Shown here one piece after another: positions 19,415 to 28,921 of a stretch of DNA of 64,000 nucleotides (the stretch's first letter is position 1; each line of letters opens with the position of its first letter). Under the pieces are notes generated by a model, which saw nothing but the letters and a program-made list of their open reading frames with translations, did not search any database and had not been told where the DNA came from. The position numbers and the translations under genes were made by a program. This DNA comes from an uncultured Gemmatimonadales bacterium. GTDB lineage: Bacteria > Gemmatimonadota > Gemmatimonadetes > Gemmatimonadales > GWC2-71-9. The stretch is from positions 896,001-960,000 of the forward strand of contig CAVSLV010000001.1 of the NCBI GenBank assembly GCA_963728915.1, given 5' to 3'.

Positions 19415-20424
19415 GACTGGGCCGCGGCCTCCGGTTCGGAGAACTCGGCCCCGATGTGGCGCACCAGGTCGATCTCGACCGATTGCACCGCCACCCGGAT
19501 CGCATTCCGGATCGCGGTCGGGTTGGAGGAGCCGTGACAGATGATCGAAACTCCCCGGACCCCGAGCAGCGGCGCCCCGCCGTACTGGGAGTAATCGAGC
19601 ACCCCGAAGGCGGACCGGATCTCCTCTTTGGCCCAGAGCTCGGGCGCGCTGTCCTCGGCGATGTGGCGCACCAGGCCGACCAGCGACTCACCGAATTTGA
19701 GCACCACGTTGCCGACGAACCCGTCGCAGACCACGACGTCGAGTGGGCCGTGTCGCGGGTGGCCGCTCAGCAGGTCGCGCCCTTCGACGTTGCCGACATA
19801 GTGGATCCGGGGATCCTGGCTGAGCAGACGATGGGCCTCCTTGATCACCGCGGTCCCCTTCTCTTCTTCCTCCCCAACGTTGAGCAGGCCGACCTGGGGG
19901 GTCGGCCGGTTCTGGAGATCGCGCATGTACACCGAGCCCAGGTGAGCGAAGCCGACCAGCTCCCGGGCGGAACAGTCGACGTTGGCGCCCGCATCGAGCA
20001 TGAGCACCGCGCCGTGCACCGTGGGGATCAGGGCGCCCACCGTCGCACGCTCGACGCCGTCAAACAACCCCAGCAGCACCGTGGACGCGGCGAGCATCGC
20101 GCCGGTGTTCCCGGCGGAAATGAACGCCTCGGATTGCTGTTTGGCCTGGAGACCGAGCCCGACGACAAGACTCGACTTGCGCTTCCGGCGGACCGCCTCG
20201 AGAGGTCGTTCCGCCATGCCGATGACCTCGGGGGCCTCTACCACGACGATTCGCTGGCGGTCCATGCCAGGATGGCGGGCGAGCTCCGCCTCGATCCGCT
20301 CGGTCGAGCCGACCAATTGGAGCTGGAAGGTCGGGGGAAGTTCCCGGAGCGCGCGCGCGGCCCCCTCGATTTCGGTGTGCGGGGCCTGATCGCCCCCCAT
20401 CGCATCGAGCGCGATGCGGATCAC
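19411..20424 (-). CDS. plsX: Phosphate acyltransferase
   Basis: IALDAMGGD, SAGNTGA, DGFVGN, HGSS. Confidence 0.96.
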   Translation of the reverse strand: MIRIALDAMGGDQAPHTEIEGAARALRELPPTFQLQLVGSTERIEAELARHPGMDRQRIVVVEAPEVIGMAERPLEAVRRKRKSSLVVGLGLQAKQQSEAFISAGNTGAMLAASTVLLGLFDGVERATVGALIPTVHGAVLMLDAGANVDCSARELVGFAHLGSVYMRDLQNRPTPQVGLLNVGEEEEKGTAVIKEAHRLLSQDPRIHYVGNVEGRDLLSGHPRHGPLDVVVCDGFVGNVVLKFGESLVGLVRHIAEDSAPELWAKEEIRSAFGVLDYSQYGGAPLLGVRGVSIICHGSSNPTAIRNAIRVAVQSVEIDLVRHIGAEFSEPEAAAQS

Positions 20425-20426
20425 GC

Positions 20427-20609
20427 CTAGTCTTCCTCGACCTCGACCCGCTTCTTCCCGGCGTAGTAGCCGCAGGAAGGACAGACCCGGTGGGGCAGCT
20501 TGGGCGACCCGCACCGGGCGCACGCCTGGGTTCGTATACCGGCCGCGGTATGATGGCCGCGGCGAAGCCGCTTGCGGCGCTTGGAGAGTTTTCGCTTGGG
20601 AACAGCCAT
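20427..20609 (-). CDS. rpmF: 50S ribosomal protein L32
   Basis: MAVPKRK...CxxC...HRVCxxCGYY. Confidence 0.97.
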   Translation of the reverse strand: MAVPKRKLSKRRKRLRRGHHTAAGIRTQACARCGSPKLPHRVCPSCGYYAGKKRVEVEED

Positions 20610-20618
20610 GTCGAGAGA

Positions 20619-20648
20619 CTAGGGGTTAGAGGTTAAGGGTTGGGGGGG
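20619..20648 (-). repeat. Heptamer array AACC(C/T)(C/T)T x3 at the yceD 3' end / rpmF leader
   Basis: Minus strand reads CCCCCCC AACCCTT AACCTCT AACCCCT AG. Confidence 0.6.
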
Positions 20649-21098
20649 TCCGCACGCGCAGATTCCCGCGTTCAGATCGGCCCCGCACTTCGGACACAGA
20701 CCTTTGCAATCCGGCCGGCACAGAGGAAACGCGTCCACGGCGAGGGCGAGCTCCTCGCGAATCGCGGGACGGACGTCCACGTGAGTCATCGGATCGGTCA
20801 ACGGATAGACGCTGGGATCATCCTGCAGCGCGGGATCCGCTGAAAACAGCACTTCGATGGACCGATCTACCTGGGTCGCAAACTCCGTGAGACAGCGGCG
20901 GCACACGGCCCGAAGCGAGCCTTCGAATTGCCCGTGCCAGTAATACCCGCCATGGCCGGCGGATTGGAGATCGCCACCGACGCGGACCGGTCCAAGCAGC
21001 GCGACATCAAGGCCTTCAAAGAGCGGATCATCTGCCGGCACCTGCCCCGAAACGAGGACCGGCCCGTGCCGGAGCTCGCGTATGTCGACCTGAAGCAT
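20619..21098 (-). CDS. yceD: DUF177/YceD protein
   Basis: CRRCL and LCRPDCKGLCPKCG, upstream of rpmF. Confidence 0.92.
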   Translation of the reverse strand: MLQVDIRELRHGPVLVSGQVPADDPLFEGLDVALLGPVRVGGDLQSAGHGGYYWHGQFEGSLRAVCRRCLTEFATQVDRSIEVLFSADPALQDDPSVYPLTDPMTHVDVRPAIREELALAVDAFPLCRPDCKGLCPKCGADLNAGICACGPPQPLTSNP

Positions 21099-21106
21099 AG
21101 CCCATA

Positions 21107-21135
21107 ACTATACACCGATTAACCACTTAGATCAA
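21107..21135 (-). promoter_or_regulatory. Sigma70-type promoter for yceD-rpmF-plsX-fab
   Basis: TTGATC-N17-TATAGT, with 8 nt to the ATG. Confidence 0.7.
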
Positions 21136-21174
21136 CTCAAGCAGGCCATCTTCAAAGCGCCAAACGCCGGTTTC

Positions 21175-21588
21175 TCAAGCCCCGGGGCCGAAAAAGAAGT
21201 CAATCTCCCGAGCGGCATTCTCGTCGCTATCCGACCCGTGGACCGCATTCCTTCCCTTCGATTCGGCGAAGAGTTTCCGGATCGTGCCCGGCGCCGCCTC
21301 GGCGGGATCGGTCGCTCCAATCGTGGCCCGGAAGCTGGCCACCGCATCCGGCTTCTCCAGGGCGATGGGAAAGCAGGGTCCGCTGCTCATGAAGCGCACC
21401 AGCTCGTCATAGAAGGGCCGGCCCCGGTGCACTTCGTAGAACGCCTCCGCCCGCTCCCGACTCATCCGGACCAGGCGGGCTTCCCGAAGGGTGAAGCCGG
21501 CCTGTTCGATGTGGGCGATGATGGGCCCGAGCTTTCCGGCGCCGACGGCGTCCGGTTTCACGATGGCCAACGTCTGGTTCCCGCTCAT
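21175..21588 (-). CDS. ndk: Nucleoside-diphosphate kinase
   Basis: [21 protein letters not shown]. Confidence 0.97.
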   Translation of the reverse strand: MSGNQTLAIVKPDAVGAGKLGPIIAHIEQAGFTLREARLVRMSRERAEAFYEVHRGRPFYDELVRFMSSGPCFPIALEKPDAVASFRATIGATDPAEAAPGTIRKLFAESKGRNAVHGSDSDENAAREIDFFFGPGA

Positions 21589-22460
21589 TTGCTCCTTGCG
21601 TTCTTGACAAGCTCCACGACATCGAGCGGCCGTCGCATCACCCGGATGCCAGCCGCTTCAAAAGCATGAATCTTCTCCTCCGCGGTGCCGGAGGAGCCTG
21701 AGATGATGGCTCCGGCGTGTCCCATGCGACGGCCCCTGGGCGCGGTCTGCCCCGCAATGAAGCCGATGACCGGTTTCGAGAGATACCGGGCCACGAACTC
21801 GGCGGCTCGCTGTTCGTCGGTGCCCCCAATCTCGCCCAGCATCACGACGGCGTCGGTATCGGGATCGGCCTCGAACGCCTGCAACACGTCGATGAAATTC
21901 GTTCCGATGAGAGGGTCACCACCGATGCCAACACAGGTGCTCTGACCGATCCCGTTCCGGGTGAGATGGTTCACCACCTCGTAGGTGAGGGTGCCGCTTC
22001 TCGACACCAGGCCGACCCGGCCCGGCGCGCAGATCTGGCCCGGAATGATCCCCACCTTGCCGATGCCGGGAGTGATGAGTCCGGGGCAGTTCGGTCCGAT
22101 GAGCCGGGCACCCTTCTCCCGCACGAACGGGAGCATGCGCGCCATGTCGAGCACGGGAATGCCCTCGGTGATGCAGACGACGAGCTGGATCCCGGCATCC
22201 GCCGCTTCCGCGATCGCCCCGGCGGCGAGCGCAGGCGGCACGTAGATCACTGAGGTATTCGCGCCGGTCTGGGTTACCGCCTCGGCCACCGTGTGGAAGA
22301 CCGGGACCCTCTGGTCGAACGTCTGCCCCCCCTTCCCCGGAACCACCCCGGCGACGAGCCGGGTTCCGTACTCCAGCATCTGCCGGGCGTGGAATGACCC
22401 GTCCCGTCCGGTGATTCCCTGCACCACCAGACGGGTGGACCGGTCGACGAAGACGCTCAC
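21585..22460 (-). CDS. sucD: Succinyl-CoA synthetase alpha subunit
   Basis: QGITG, GPNCPG, RMGHAGA. Confidence 0.97.
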   Translation of the reverse strand: MSVFVDRSTRLVVQGITGRDGSFHARQMLEYGTRLVAGVVPGKGGQTFDQRVPVFHTVAEAVTQTGANTSVIYVPPALAAGAIAEAADAGIQLVVCITEGIPVLDMARMLPFVREKGARLIGPNCPGLITPGIGKVGIIPGQICAPGRVGLVSRSGTLTYEVVNHLTRNGIGQSTCVGIGGDPLIGTNFIDVLQAFEADPDTDAVVMLGEIGGTDEQRAAEFVARYLSKPVIGFIAGQTAPRGRRMGHAGAIISGSSGTAEEKIHAFEAAGIRVMRRPLDVVELVKNARSK

Positions 22461-23593
22461 GCGGCCTCCCCGGCGAGGGTCACCGCCTGTTTCACGGCCT
22501 CATCCATGTCGGAGAGCGCCCGCATGCCCACGCCCTCGAGGATCTGAACCGCTTTCTGCTCGTTGGTCCCGGTGAGCCGGATGACCACCGGGACATCCAC
22601 CTTGAACTGGCGCATCGCCTCCACGATCCCGTTCGCCACATCGTCGGTGCGGGTGATGCCCCCGAAAATGTTGAAGAGGATCGCCCGGACCCGCGCATCG
22701 GCGGTGATGATGCGGAGCGCATTGACGACTTTTTCGGGGTTGGAGCTTCCCCCAATATCGAGGAAGTTGGCCGGCTCGCCGCCGTAAAACTTCACCAGGT
22801 CCATGGTCGCCATGGCGAGACCCGCGCCGTTGACGATGCAGCCGACGTTGCCGTCGAGCTTGATGAAGGTGAGGCCGGCGTTGCGCGCGGCGACCTCGGC
22901 GGGGGCTTCGGCGGATTCGTCCCGCAGCGCCGCCAGGTCGGGGCGGCGATCCAGCTCGTTGTCGTCGATCACCATCTTGGCATCGAGCGCGAGCACCTTG
23001 CCCTCGGGCGTGGTCACCAGCGGATTGATCTCGAGGAGCTGGGCCCCGTTCTCGACGAAGACGCGATACAGCTGCTGCATGATGGTCGCCGCGGCCCGCG
23101 CCTGGGAAAAGTCGTCGTACAGGTGCAGCGACAGGTTAAGGGCCTGGTGGGCCATCAGGCCGTATCGGGGATCGATCGCGAGCCGGACGATCTGCTCGGG
23201 CGCCGTGGCCGCGACCTCTTCGATATCCACCCCTCCGGCGCGGCTCACCATGAAGATGGGACGTTGCGTCTCCCGATCTACCAGCAGGCCGACATAGCTC
23301 TCACTTGAAATCTCTGCGGCCGGCGCCACCAGGACCTGCTGGACCACGAGACCCTTGATCGTCATTCCGAGAATCCCGCCGGCGACCCGCGACACCTCGG
23401 CCGGCTCGGCCAGCTTCACACCGCCCGCCTTCCCGCGACCACCGGCGTGCACCTGGGCTTTGATGACCACGCGGGTTCCCAGGCGATTCGCGATGGCGGC
23501 GGCGGCTTCAGGGGTTGCGGCCACGTCGCCATCCGGCACCGGAACGCCGGCGGACTTGAGGAGAGCGCGGGCCTGGTATTCGTGAAGGTTCAA
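22457..23593 (-). CDS. sucC: Succinyl-CoA synthetase beta subunit
   Basis: [31 protein letters not shown] start. Confidence 0.97.
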   Translation of the reverse strand: MNLHEYQARALLKSAGVPVPDGDVAATPEAAAAIANRLGTRVVIKAQVHAGGRGKAGGVKLAEPAEVSRVAGGILGMTIKGLVVQQVLVAPAAEISSESYVGLLVDRETQRPIFMVSRAGGVDIEEVAATAPEQIVRLAIDPRYGLMAHQALNLSLHLYDDFSQARAAATIMQQLYRVFVENGAQLLEINPLVTTPEGKVLALDAKMVIDDNELDRRPDLAALRDESAEAPAEVAARNAGLTFIKLDGNVGCIVNGAGLAMATMDLVKFYGGEPANFLDIGGSSNPEKVVNALRIITADARVRAILFNIFGGITRTDDVANGIVEAMRQFKVDVPVVIRLTGTNEQKAVQILEGVGMRALSDMDEAVKQAVTLAGEAA

Positions 23594-23600
23594 AGGTAGG

Positions 23601-23630
23601 CGCTAGTGGCTAGGGGTCAGGGGCTAGGGG
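23601..23630 (-). repeat. Heptamer array CCCCTAG-like x4 in the sucC leader
   Basis: Minus strand reads CCCCTAG CCCCTGA CCCCTAG CCACTAG CG. Confidence 0.8.
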
Positions 23631-23668
23631 TTTTCCGCGGCGGAAAGTAGTCGAAGGCCGTCCGATAG

Positions 23669-26053
23669 TCAGGGCTGCCGCTCCAGCAGGTCGCGAAGCT
23701 GAGAAAGCTGGCGTCGCAGAGCGTCCAGATCGCCACGGCGGAGCGCAGAATCGGCGCGTTGCCACCACCGGCGGACCTGGTCCAGCATTTCCCGGGACTC
23801 CGGACCCACCGGGGCCGGGCTCATCTCTCCCCGCAGGTTCCGCCAGGCGTCCTCGAAGCTCCGTCCGGTGCCCAGCCGGGAGCCCAGCGCAACGTTGACC
23901 AGCACCAGGCGAGGCCGGGCGGCGGGTCCTTCGGCCCAGGCAGGCTGATAGGCGACCGGACCGTCGGCACTCATCTCGTAGCGGACCATGCCGGGCCGAA
24001 AGGCGGCGCCGGCCGCGAGCACCGAGTCGCGCAGCATCTGCTGGAAGGGGAATCGCTCCCATTTCTGAACCAGGGCGCCAGCCGATTCGAGGGGAGGAAG
24101 CGAATCCAGCGGCACCAGGCGAAGCGAGTCACCCGAAGGCATTCGCTCGAGAACGAGCAGCGCCGCCAGCAGGCGCGTCCCCGGGCGCACGAACGGCACG
24201 ACCCGGCGATTGCCTCCGGGGCTCTCGAGCGCAGTGAGTCCCTGGACCGGATCGAGGTTTCCGACCAGCCATGCCGGACCGGTGAGCACCCTGGATTGGG
24301 CCATGGCGAGCTCGGGGGGATAGGCCTCGCCGACCTGGAGCTCCGGGGGAATCTTCCCGGGTGATTCGATCAGGGGGTGAGCAATGCGCGCCCAGGCCGA
24401 GGCTAGGGAGTCCGCCGGGTCCCGCTGGTAGATCCGAACTTCTCCGGACTCCGCGTCCACCAGGCCCAGCAATCCCGAGGTAACCAGCGAGGCCTCACCG
24501 GTGCCCCAGGGAACCCGCTGGGAGGAGGGCAGGCCCGGAGCGGTGAGGAGGCCGTCGCTCTGCCAGAGAAGCCGGGACCCCGCGCGTCGAAGATGCGGCG
24601 CCGACCAGTGGGCGAATGGTGCGAGCGCGCTGAGCCGAATAGCGGGATCCAGCCGGATCGTGACCCTCCTTCCCGCCGGGGCGCTCAGGGCGCCGGGGAA
24701 TTGCCAGGCCCAGGCCAGGAGAATGCGGCGGGGCAGATTCGAGATCCGGACTCCCGGCCCGAGCGAATCGTCGATCAGCATGACGCGGCGCTCCGCTTGC
24801 GGCGTCAGGAGAGCGCCCGGTTCGGGAGGCCAGTACTCCTGCGAAGCGGGCGATGGCTCGGATCCCTCGGAAGTCCAGAACACCGGGGCGCCCGACGGGG
24901 AGACCCGATCGTCCGCCAGCGCCAGAATCGTGGAGGGCGCGCCCCCTTCGGACCCGAGCCAGACCGGGACCGCATCGAGCGCGCCGCGGGGGGAAACCCA
25001 GGCCCGCTGGGCCGGAAAGCCTAACCCGGCGCGGATTGCCAGCGAATCATCCCATAACGAGGCCGGGAGGGCGGCCGGCATGGGGCGAGGATGCAGCAGC
25101 GCTCCCGCCAGGTTCGCGATCCCGAACGCGACGGAGTCGATGCGGCGGGCCTCGGCGCGCCACAGCGCGTCCTGCCGGGCGTGCTCCGGATGAAGCGGGA
25201 GAAGCTCTCCACCGATCCAGACCAGCCCGAACATCACCCAGAGGAGCAGGGCGACGCCGCCCCGGACCCGGACCCAGCTCAGCAAGCTGACCACCGCGGC
25301 CGCGGCCCCAAGGCCGGTCCCGATGTACGCCATGACCGCACGAAGCACAAATTCGGAGTGGAGCACGGGACCACGCTGGCCGCTGGCGAGGCGAAGCGGC
25401 TCCAGGGATGCTCCCCAGGCCAGGCACAGAGCGAGGAGCGCGACCAGTACGGCGACCTGGCCCCGGGCGGTCGGAGAAACCCGGATTCGCCGACCGACGC
25501 GATCGATGCGGCCGCCCAGCGCGTAGAGACACACCACTCCGGCCAGGGCGACGAGGGAGAGCATCGCAGCCCGGGCCTGGATGGCCGACCAGAAGGGGAA
25601 ACTTCCCAGGAAGGTGCCCAGATCCTCGTCGAGCAAGGGATCCCGGATCCCGATCGGGGCACCGTCGAGGTAGAGCTGAAACGACCCGATCAGTCGCGAG
25701 CCGCCACTCCCCAGCAGGAGTCCGGCGAGGATGGCCGCGACCGGGACCGACCATCGCGGCACCGCGCGAGGCCAGATCCGCGCCTCATCCTCGCCGGGGG
25801 CGGCGCGACGGGGCAACGCGATCCGGAGGGCCAGCCCCCAATGTACCGTAAGCCAGCAGACGGTGAGAACCACGATGCCGATTTCGAGCAGCAGCTCGAG
25901 CCAGGCCCGCCGCGAACCGGCCATCGCGGCCGCATCGGAGATGCTGGCTTCCCAGAGACGATCAGCGAAGAATCCCGAAAGCGCCTGCCCAACCGCAAGC
26001 AGGCCCACCACCACCATTACGCCAATGGCGACCCGGCGCCCGCGGGTTGACAC
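23669..26053 (-). CDS. UPF0182-family membrane protein (divergent)
   Basis: Multiple N-terminal TM helices, DPLLDEDLGTFL, LAPFA, and C-terminal ADSALRRGD. Confidence 0.75.
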   Translation of the reverse strand: MSTRGRRVAIGVMVVVGLLAVGQALSGFFADRLWEASISDAAAMAGSRRAWLELLLEIGIVVLTVCWLTVHWGLALRIALPRRAAPGEDEARIWPRAVPRWSVPVAAILAGLLLGSGGSRLIGSFQLYLDGAPIGIRDPLLDEDLGTFLGSFPFWSAIQARAAMLSLVALAGVVCLYALGGRIDRVGRRIRVSPTARGQVAVLVALLALCLAWGASLEPLRLASGQRGPVLHSEFVLRAVMAYIGTGLGAAAAVVSLLSWVRVRGGVALLLWVMFGLVWIGGELLPLHPEHARQDALWRAEARRIDSVAFGIANLAGALLHPRPMPAALPASLWDDSLAIRAGLGFPAQRAWVSPRGALDAVPVWLGSEGGAPSTILALADDRVSPSGAPVFWTSEGSEPSPASQEYWPPEPGALLTPQAERRVMLIDDSLGPGVRISNLPRRILLAWAWQFPGALSAPAGRRVTIRLDPAIRLSALAPFAHWSAPHLRRAGSRLLWQSDGLLTAPGLPSSQRVPWGTGEASLVTSGLLGLVDAESGEVRIYQRDPADSLASAWARIAHPLIESPGKIPPELQVGEAYPPELAMAQSRVLTGPAWLVGNLDPVQGLTALESPGGNRRVVPFVRPGTRLLAALLVLERMPSGDSLRLVPLDSLPPLESAGALVQKWERFPFQQMLRDSVLAAGAAFRPGMVRYEMSADGPVAYQPAWAEGPAARPRLVLVNVALGSRLGTGRSFEDAWRNLRGEMSPAPVGPESREMLDQVRRWWQRADSALRRGDLDALRRQLSQLRDLLERQP

Positions 26054-26056
26054 GAA

Positions 26057-27427
26057 TCAGACCCGAATCCCCTGACCGGCGAGCCACTCGGCCACCTCGC
26101 CGCGATACGCATCGAGGGCCTTCTGGCTGGTCGCCTCGAACCGGAGCACCAGGACCGGCTGGGTATTCGAGGCCCGGAGCAGGCCCCAGCCGTCCGCGAA
26201 GGTGATGCGCACGCCGTCGATGGTATTCACCGGGTACCGCGCGCTGAAGTAACGCGCGGCTCGCTCGACCAGCGGGAACTTTTCGTCGTCAGGACAGTCC
26301 ACCCGGATTTCGGGAGTGGCGAATGTCCGGGGCAGATCGGCGAGCAACCGGGCGAGCCCGGGTGGTCCGGACGCTACGATCTCGAGCAACCGCGCCGCCG
26401 CAAAGAGCGCATCGTCGAACCCGAACCAGTCTCCTCCGAAGAAGAGATGCCCGCTCATCTCTCCAGCCAGGGGGGCATGCAGCTCCTTCATTCGCGCCTT
26501 GATGAGGGAGTGGCCGGTCTTCCACATCTCGGGCCGCGCCCCCGCAGCCGCCAGCGCCTGAGGCAGCACCTCGGAGCACTTGACGTCGAAAATCACCGGC
26601 ACGCCGGGTCCGAACCGGCGCACCGCGTCGCGGCCGAGAATCACGAGGAGCTGGTCTCCGTAGATGATGGTGCCATGCTCATCGACCGCGCCGAGCCGGT
26701 CGCCATCACCATCGAACGCGAGGCCCAGCTCGGCGTGATGGCTTCGCACCGCTGCCTGGAGATCGCGCAGGTTCTCGGGGACGGTGGGATCGGGATGGTG
26801 ATTCGGAAACGTGCCGTCGGAGTCACAGAAAATGGCGGTCAGCTCGGTCCCCAGTTGCTCCAGCGTGCTCACCGCGATGACCGAGGCCACCCCGTTTCCG
26901 CAGTCCACCACGGTCCGCACCGGCCGGGCCAGACGATGACGGCTGATGATGGCAGCCCGGTAGGCCGCGAGGACGCTGTCGTCCCGCTGCTCCTTCCCCG
27001 CTCCGGTCCGCCACCGCTCGGCGGTGATCAGGTCATGGAGCCCGAGGATCTCATCACCATGAACGGACTCCCCCGCGACCACCATCTTGAATCCGTTGAA
27101 CTCGGGCGGGTTATGACTTCCGGTGACCTGGAGCCCGCCATCCGCCCCGAGATGATGAATCGCAAAGTAGAGGGCCGGAGTCGGCAGCTCCCCGACATCG
27201 ACCGCGGTGGCGCCGGTCGAGGCAATCCCGGTCCGCACCGCGGGAGCCAGGGTTTTCCCCGAGGGGCGATTGTCCCGCCCGACCGCAAGCACCGGGAGCC
27301 GGCCCAGGCGCTCCCAGGCAAGCGTGGCGAAGGCGCGGCCGATCGCCGTGGCCAGCTCCGGCCCGAGATCGCGCCCGGTCACGCCACGAATGTCGTATTG
27401 CCGGAAAATGCTTCGAGGGGCCTGCAC
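26057..27427 (-). CDS. Phosphomannomutase/phosphoglucomutase
   Basis: IFRQYDIRG, TGSHNP, FDGDGDR, GEMSGH, RASNTQP. Confidence 0.95.
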   Translation of the reverse strand: MQAPRSIFRQYDIRGVTGRDLGPELATAIGRAFATLAWERLGRLPVLAVGRDNRPSGKTLAPAVRTGIASTGATAVDVGELPTPALYFAIHHLGADGGLQVTGSHNPPEFNGFKMVVAGESVHGDEILGLHDLITAERWRTGAGKEQRDDSVLAAYRAAIISRHRLARPVRTVVDCGNGVASVIAVSTLEQLGTELTAIFCDSDGTFPNHHPDPTVPENLRDLQAAVRSHHAELGLAFDGDGDRLGAVDEHGTIIYGDQLLVILGRDAVRRFGPGVPVIFDVKCSEVLPQALAAAGARPEMWKTGHSLIKARMKELHAPLAGEMSGHLFFGGDWFGFDDALFAAARLLEIVASGPPGLARLLADLPRTFATPEIRVDCPDDEKFPLVERAARYFSARYPVNTIDGVRITFADGWGLLRASNTQPVLVLRFEATSQKALDAYRGEVAEWLAGQGIRV

Positions 27428-27439
27428 CGGAGCTCTCCT

Positions 27440-28921
27440 CTAGTGACCGATCAGGGAGCCGGCCGTGGCGGTGGCCGCCGCCAGAACGCCGGAAGGAAGC
27501 ACTCCGAAGAGAAGGACGAGGATGACCGAGGCCGCCACGACGACCGCCGCTGGGCTTGGCAGGACCGCGCCATCGTGGGCGGTTTCGGATCCGGGCTCGC
27601 GCATGTAGGCCGCCATCACCACGGGAAGGTAGTAGCCCGCGGAGACCAGGGTCGTCACCACCAGCACCACGGCCAGGAGGTAGTGGTGCTCCTGGACTAC
27701 GGCGGTGAGGATCGCCCACTTGCCGACGAAACCGAGGGTCCCTGGGAACCCCAGGAGCGAGAGCATCGACACCGAGAGCCCGAAGGCGAGCCAGGGTCGC
27801 TTGGAAGCGAGACCCGCGATGGAGTCGAGGTCCACTTCCCGTTCCCCACCCCTCCCCAGCACGCTCAGGATGCCGAATGCCACCAGGGAAGTCAGCACGT
27901 ACGCCAGGAGATACACCACCACGGCGCTGAGCCCCGGCGAGGTGCCCGGCCAGAGCGCCACCAGCAGATAGCCGGCGTGAGCGATCGAGCTGTACGCCAG
28001 CATTCGCTTGAGAGACCGCTGGGAAAGCGCGACGAAGTTTCCGAGGACCATCGAGGCGATAGCCAGCACGGCCACCACCGGTTGCCACTGGAGCTGGGCC
28101 TTGGGAAACGCCACGACCAGTACCCTGGCCAGCGCGAAAAAGCCCGCGGACTTCACCGCGGTGGCCATGAACGCGGTGACCGGTGTCGGAGCGCCGTCGT
28201 ACGCGTCGGGCGCCCACATGTGGAATGGCACCGAGGCGATCTTGAAGGCGAACCCGATCAGGAGGAGGCCAAGACCCAGGAGGCCGAGCGGAGGAAGGCT
28301 CAGATCCGCGAGACGCTGACCGATACCGGTGAGCCCGGTGCTGCCGGTGGCTCCCCAGAGCAACGCAATCCCATAGAGGAGAAACGCCGAGGCGAATGCC
28401 CCGATCAGGAAATACTTGAGGGCCGCCTCCGCGGAAAAGCGGCTCGACCGATTGAAGCCCGCAAGGACGTACACCGGGATTGACATGACTTCGAGCCCGA
28501 GGAACAACACGATCAGGTCCTCGGCGCCGGCAAGGAACATCATGCCCGAGGCGGCGAACAGGAGGAGCGAGTAATACTCGGGAGCAATCAGCCCTTCCCG
28601 CTCGAGGTACCCCAAAGACAACGCGATCGTGGACCCCGTGGCCACCAGGATGAGGGCCAGGGCCACGAAGCGGAAGCCGTCCAGCCCTACCATGAAGGGC
28701 TGGCCCGCGCTCCGAGCTCCCCCGGCCCAGAGCCAGGTGAGCGCCAAGGCCGCCGGGATGAGGCTCACCAGCGCGACCCAGGCGGAGCGCCGGCTGTCGG
28801 CGGCGGAGCGATGGTACCAGGCGTTCACCATCAGAACGACGCAGGCACCCACCACCACCAGGATCTCCGGCGAGAGCGCCAGGGCGGCGTCAAGGGGGAT
28901 TCGGACGTCGAGCGGTCTCAT
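27440..28921 (-). CDS. nuoN: NADH-quinone oxidoreductase subunit N
   Basis: EAALKYF, PFHMWAPDAY, KRMLAYSSIAH. Confidence 0.96.
   Translation of the reverse strand: MRPLDVRIPLDAALALSPEILVVVGACVVLMVNAWYHRSAADSRRSAWVALVSLIPAALALTWLWAGGARSAGQPFMVGLDGFRFVALALILVATGSTIALSLGYLEREGLIAPEYYSLLLFAASGMMFLAGAEDLIVLFLGLEVMSIPVYVLAGFNRSSRFSAEAALKYFLIGAFASAFLLYGIALLWGATGSTGLTGIGQRLADLSLPPLGLLGLGLLLIGFAFKIASVPFHMWAPDAYDGAPTPVTAFMATAVKSAGFFALARVLVVAFPKAQLQWQPVVAVLAIASMVLGNFVALSQRSLKRMLAYSSIAHAGYLLVALWPGTSPGLSAVVVYLLAYVLTSLVAFGILSVLGRGGEREVDLDSIAGLASKRPWLAFGLSVSMLSLLGFPGTLGFVGKWAILTAVVQEHHYLLAVVLVVTTLVSAGYYLPVVMAAYMREPGSETAHDGAVLPSPAAVVVAASVILVLLFGVLPSGVLAAATATAGSLIGH

Noticed and set aside
19609..19620. Isolated GGCGGACC matches inside genes (also near 23770 and 27003)
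   Set aside because: Single 8-mers are expected by chance at this GC content and are not tandem.
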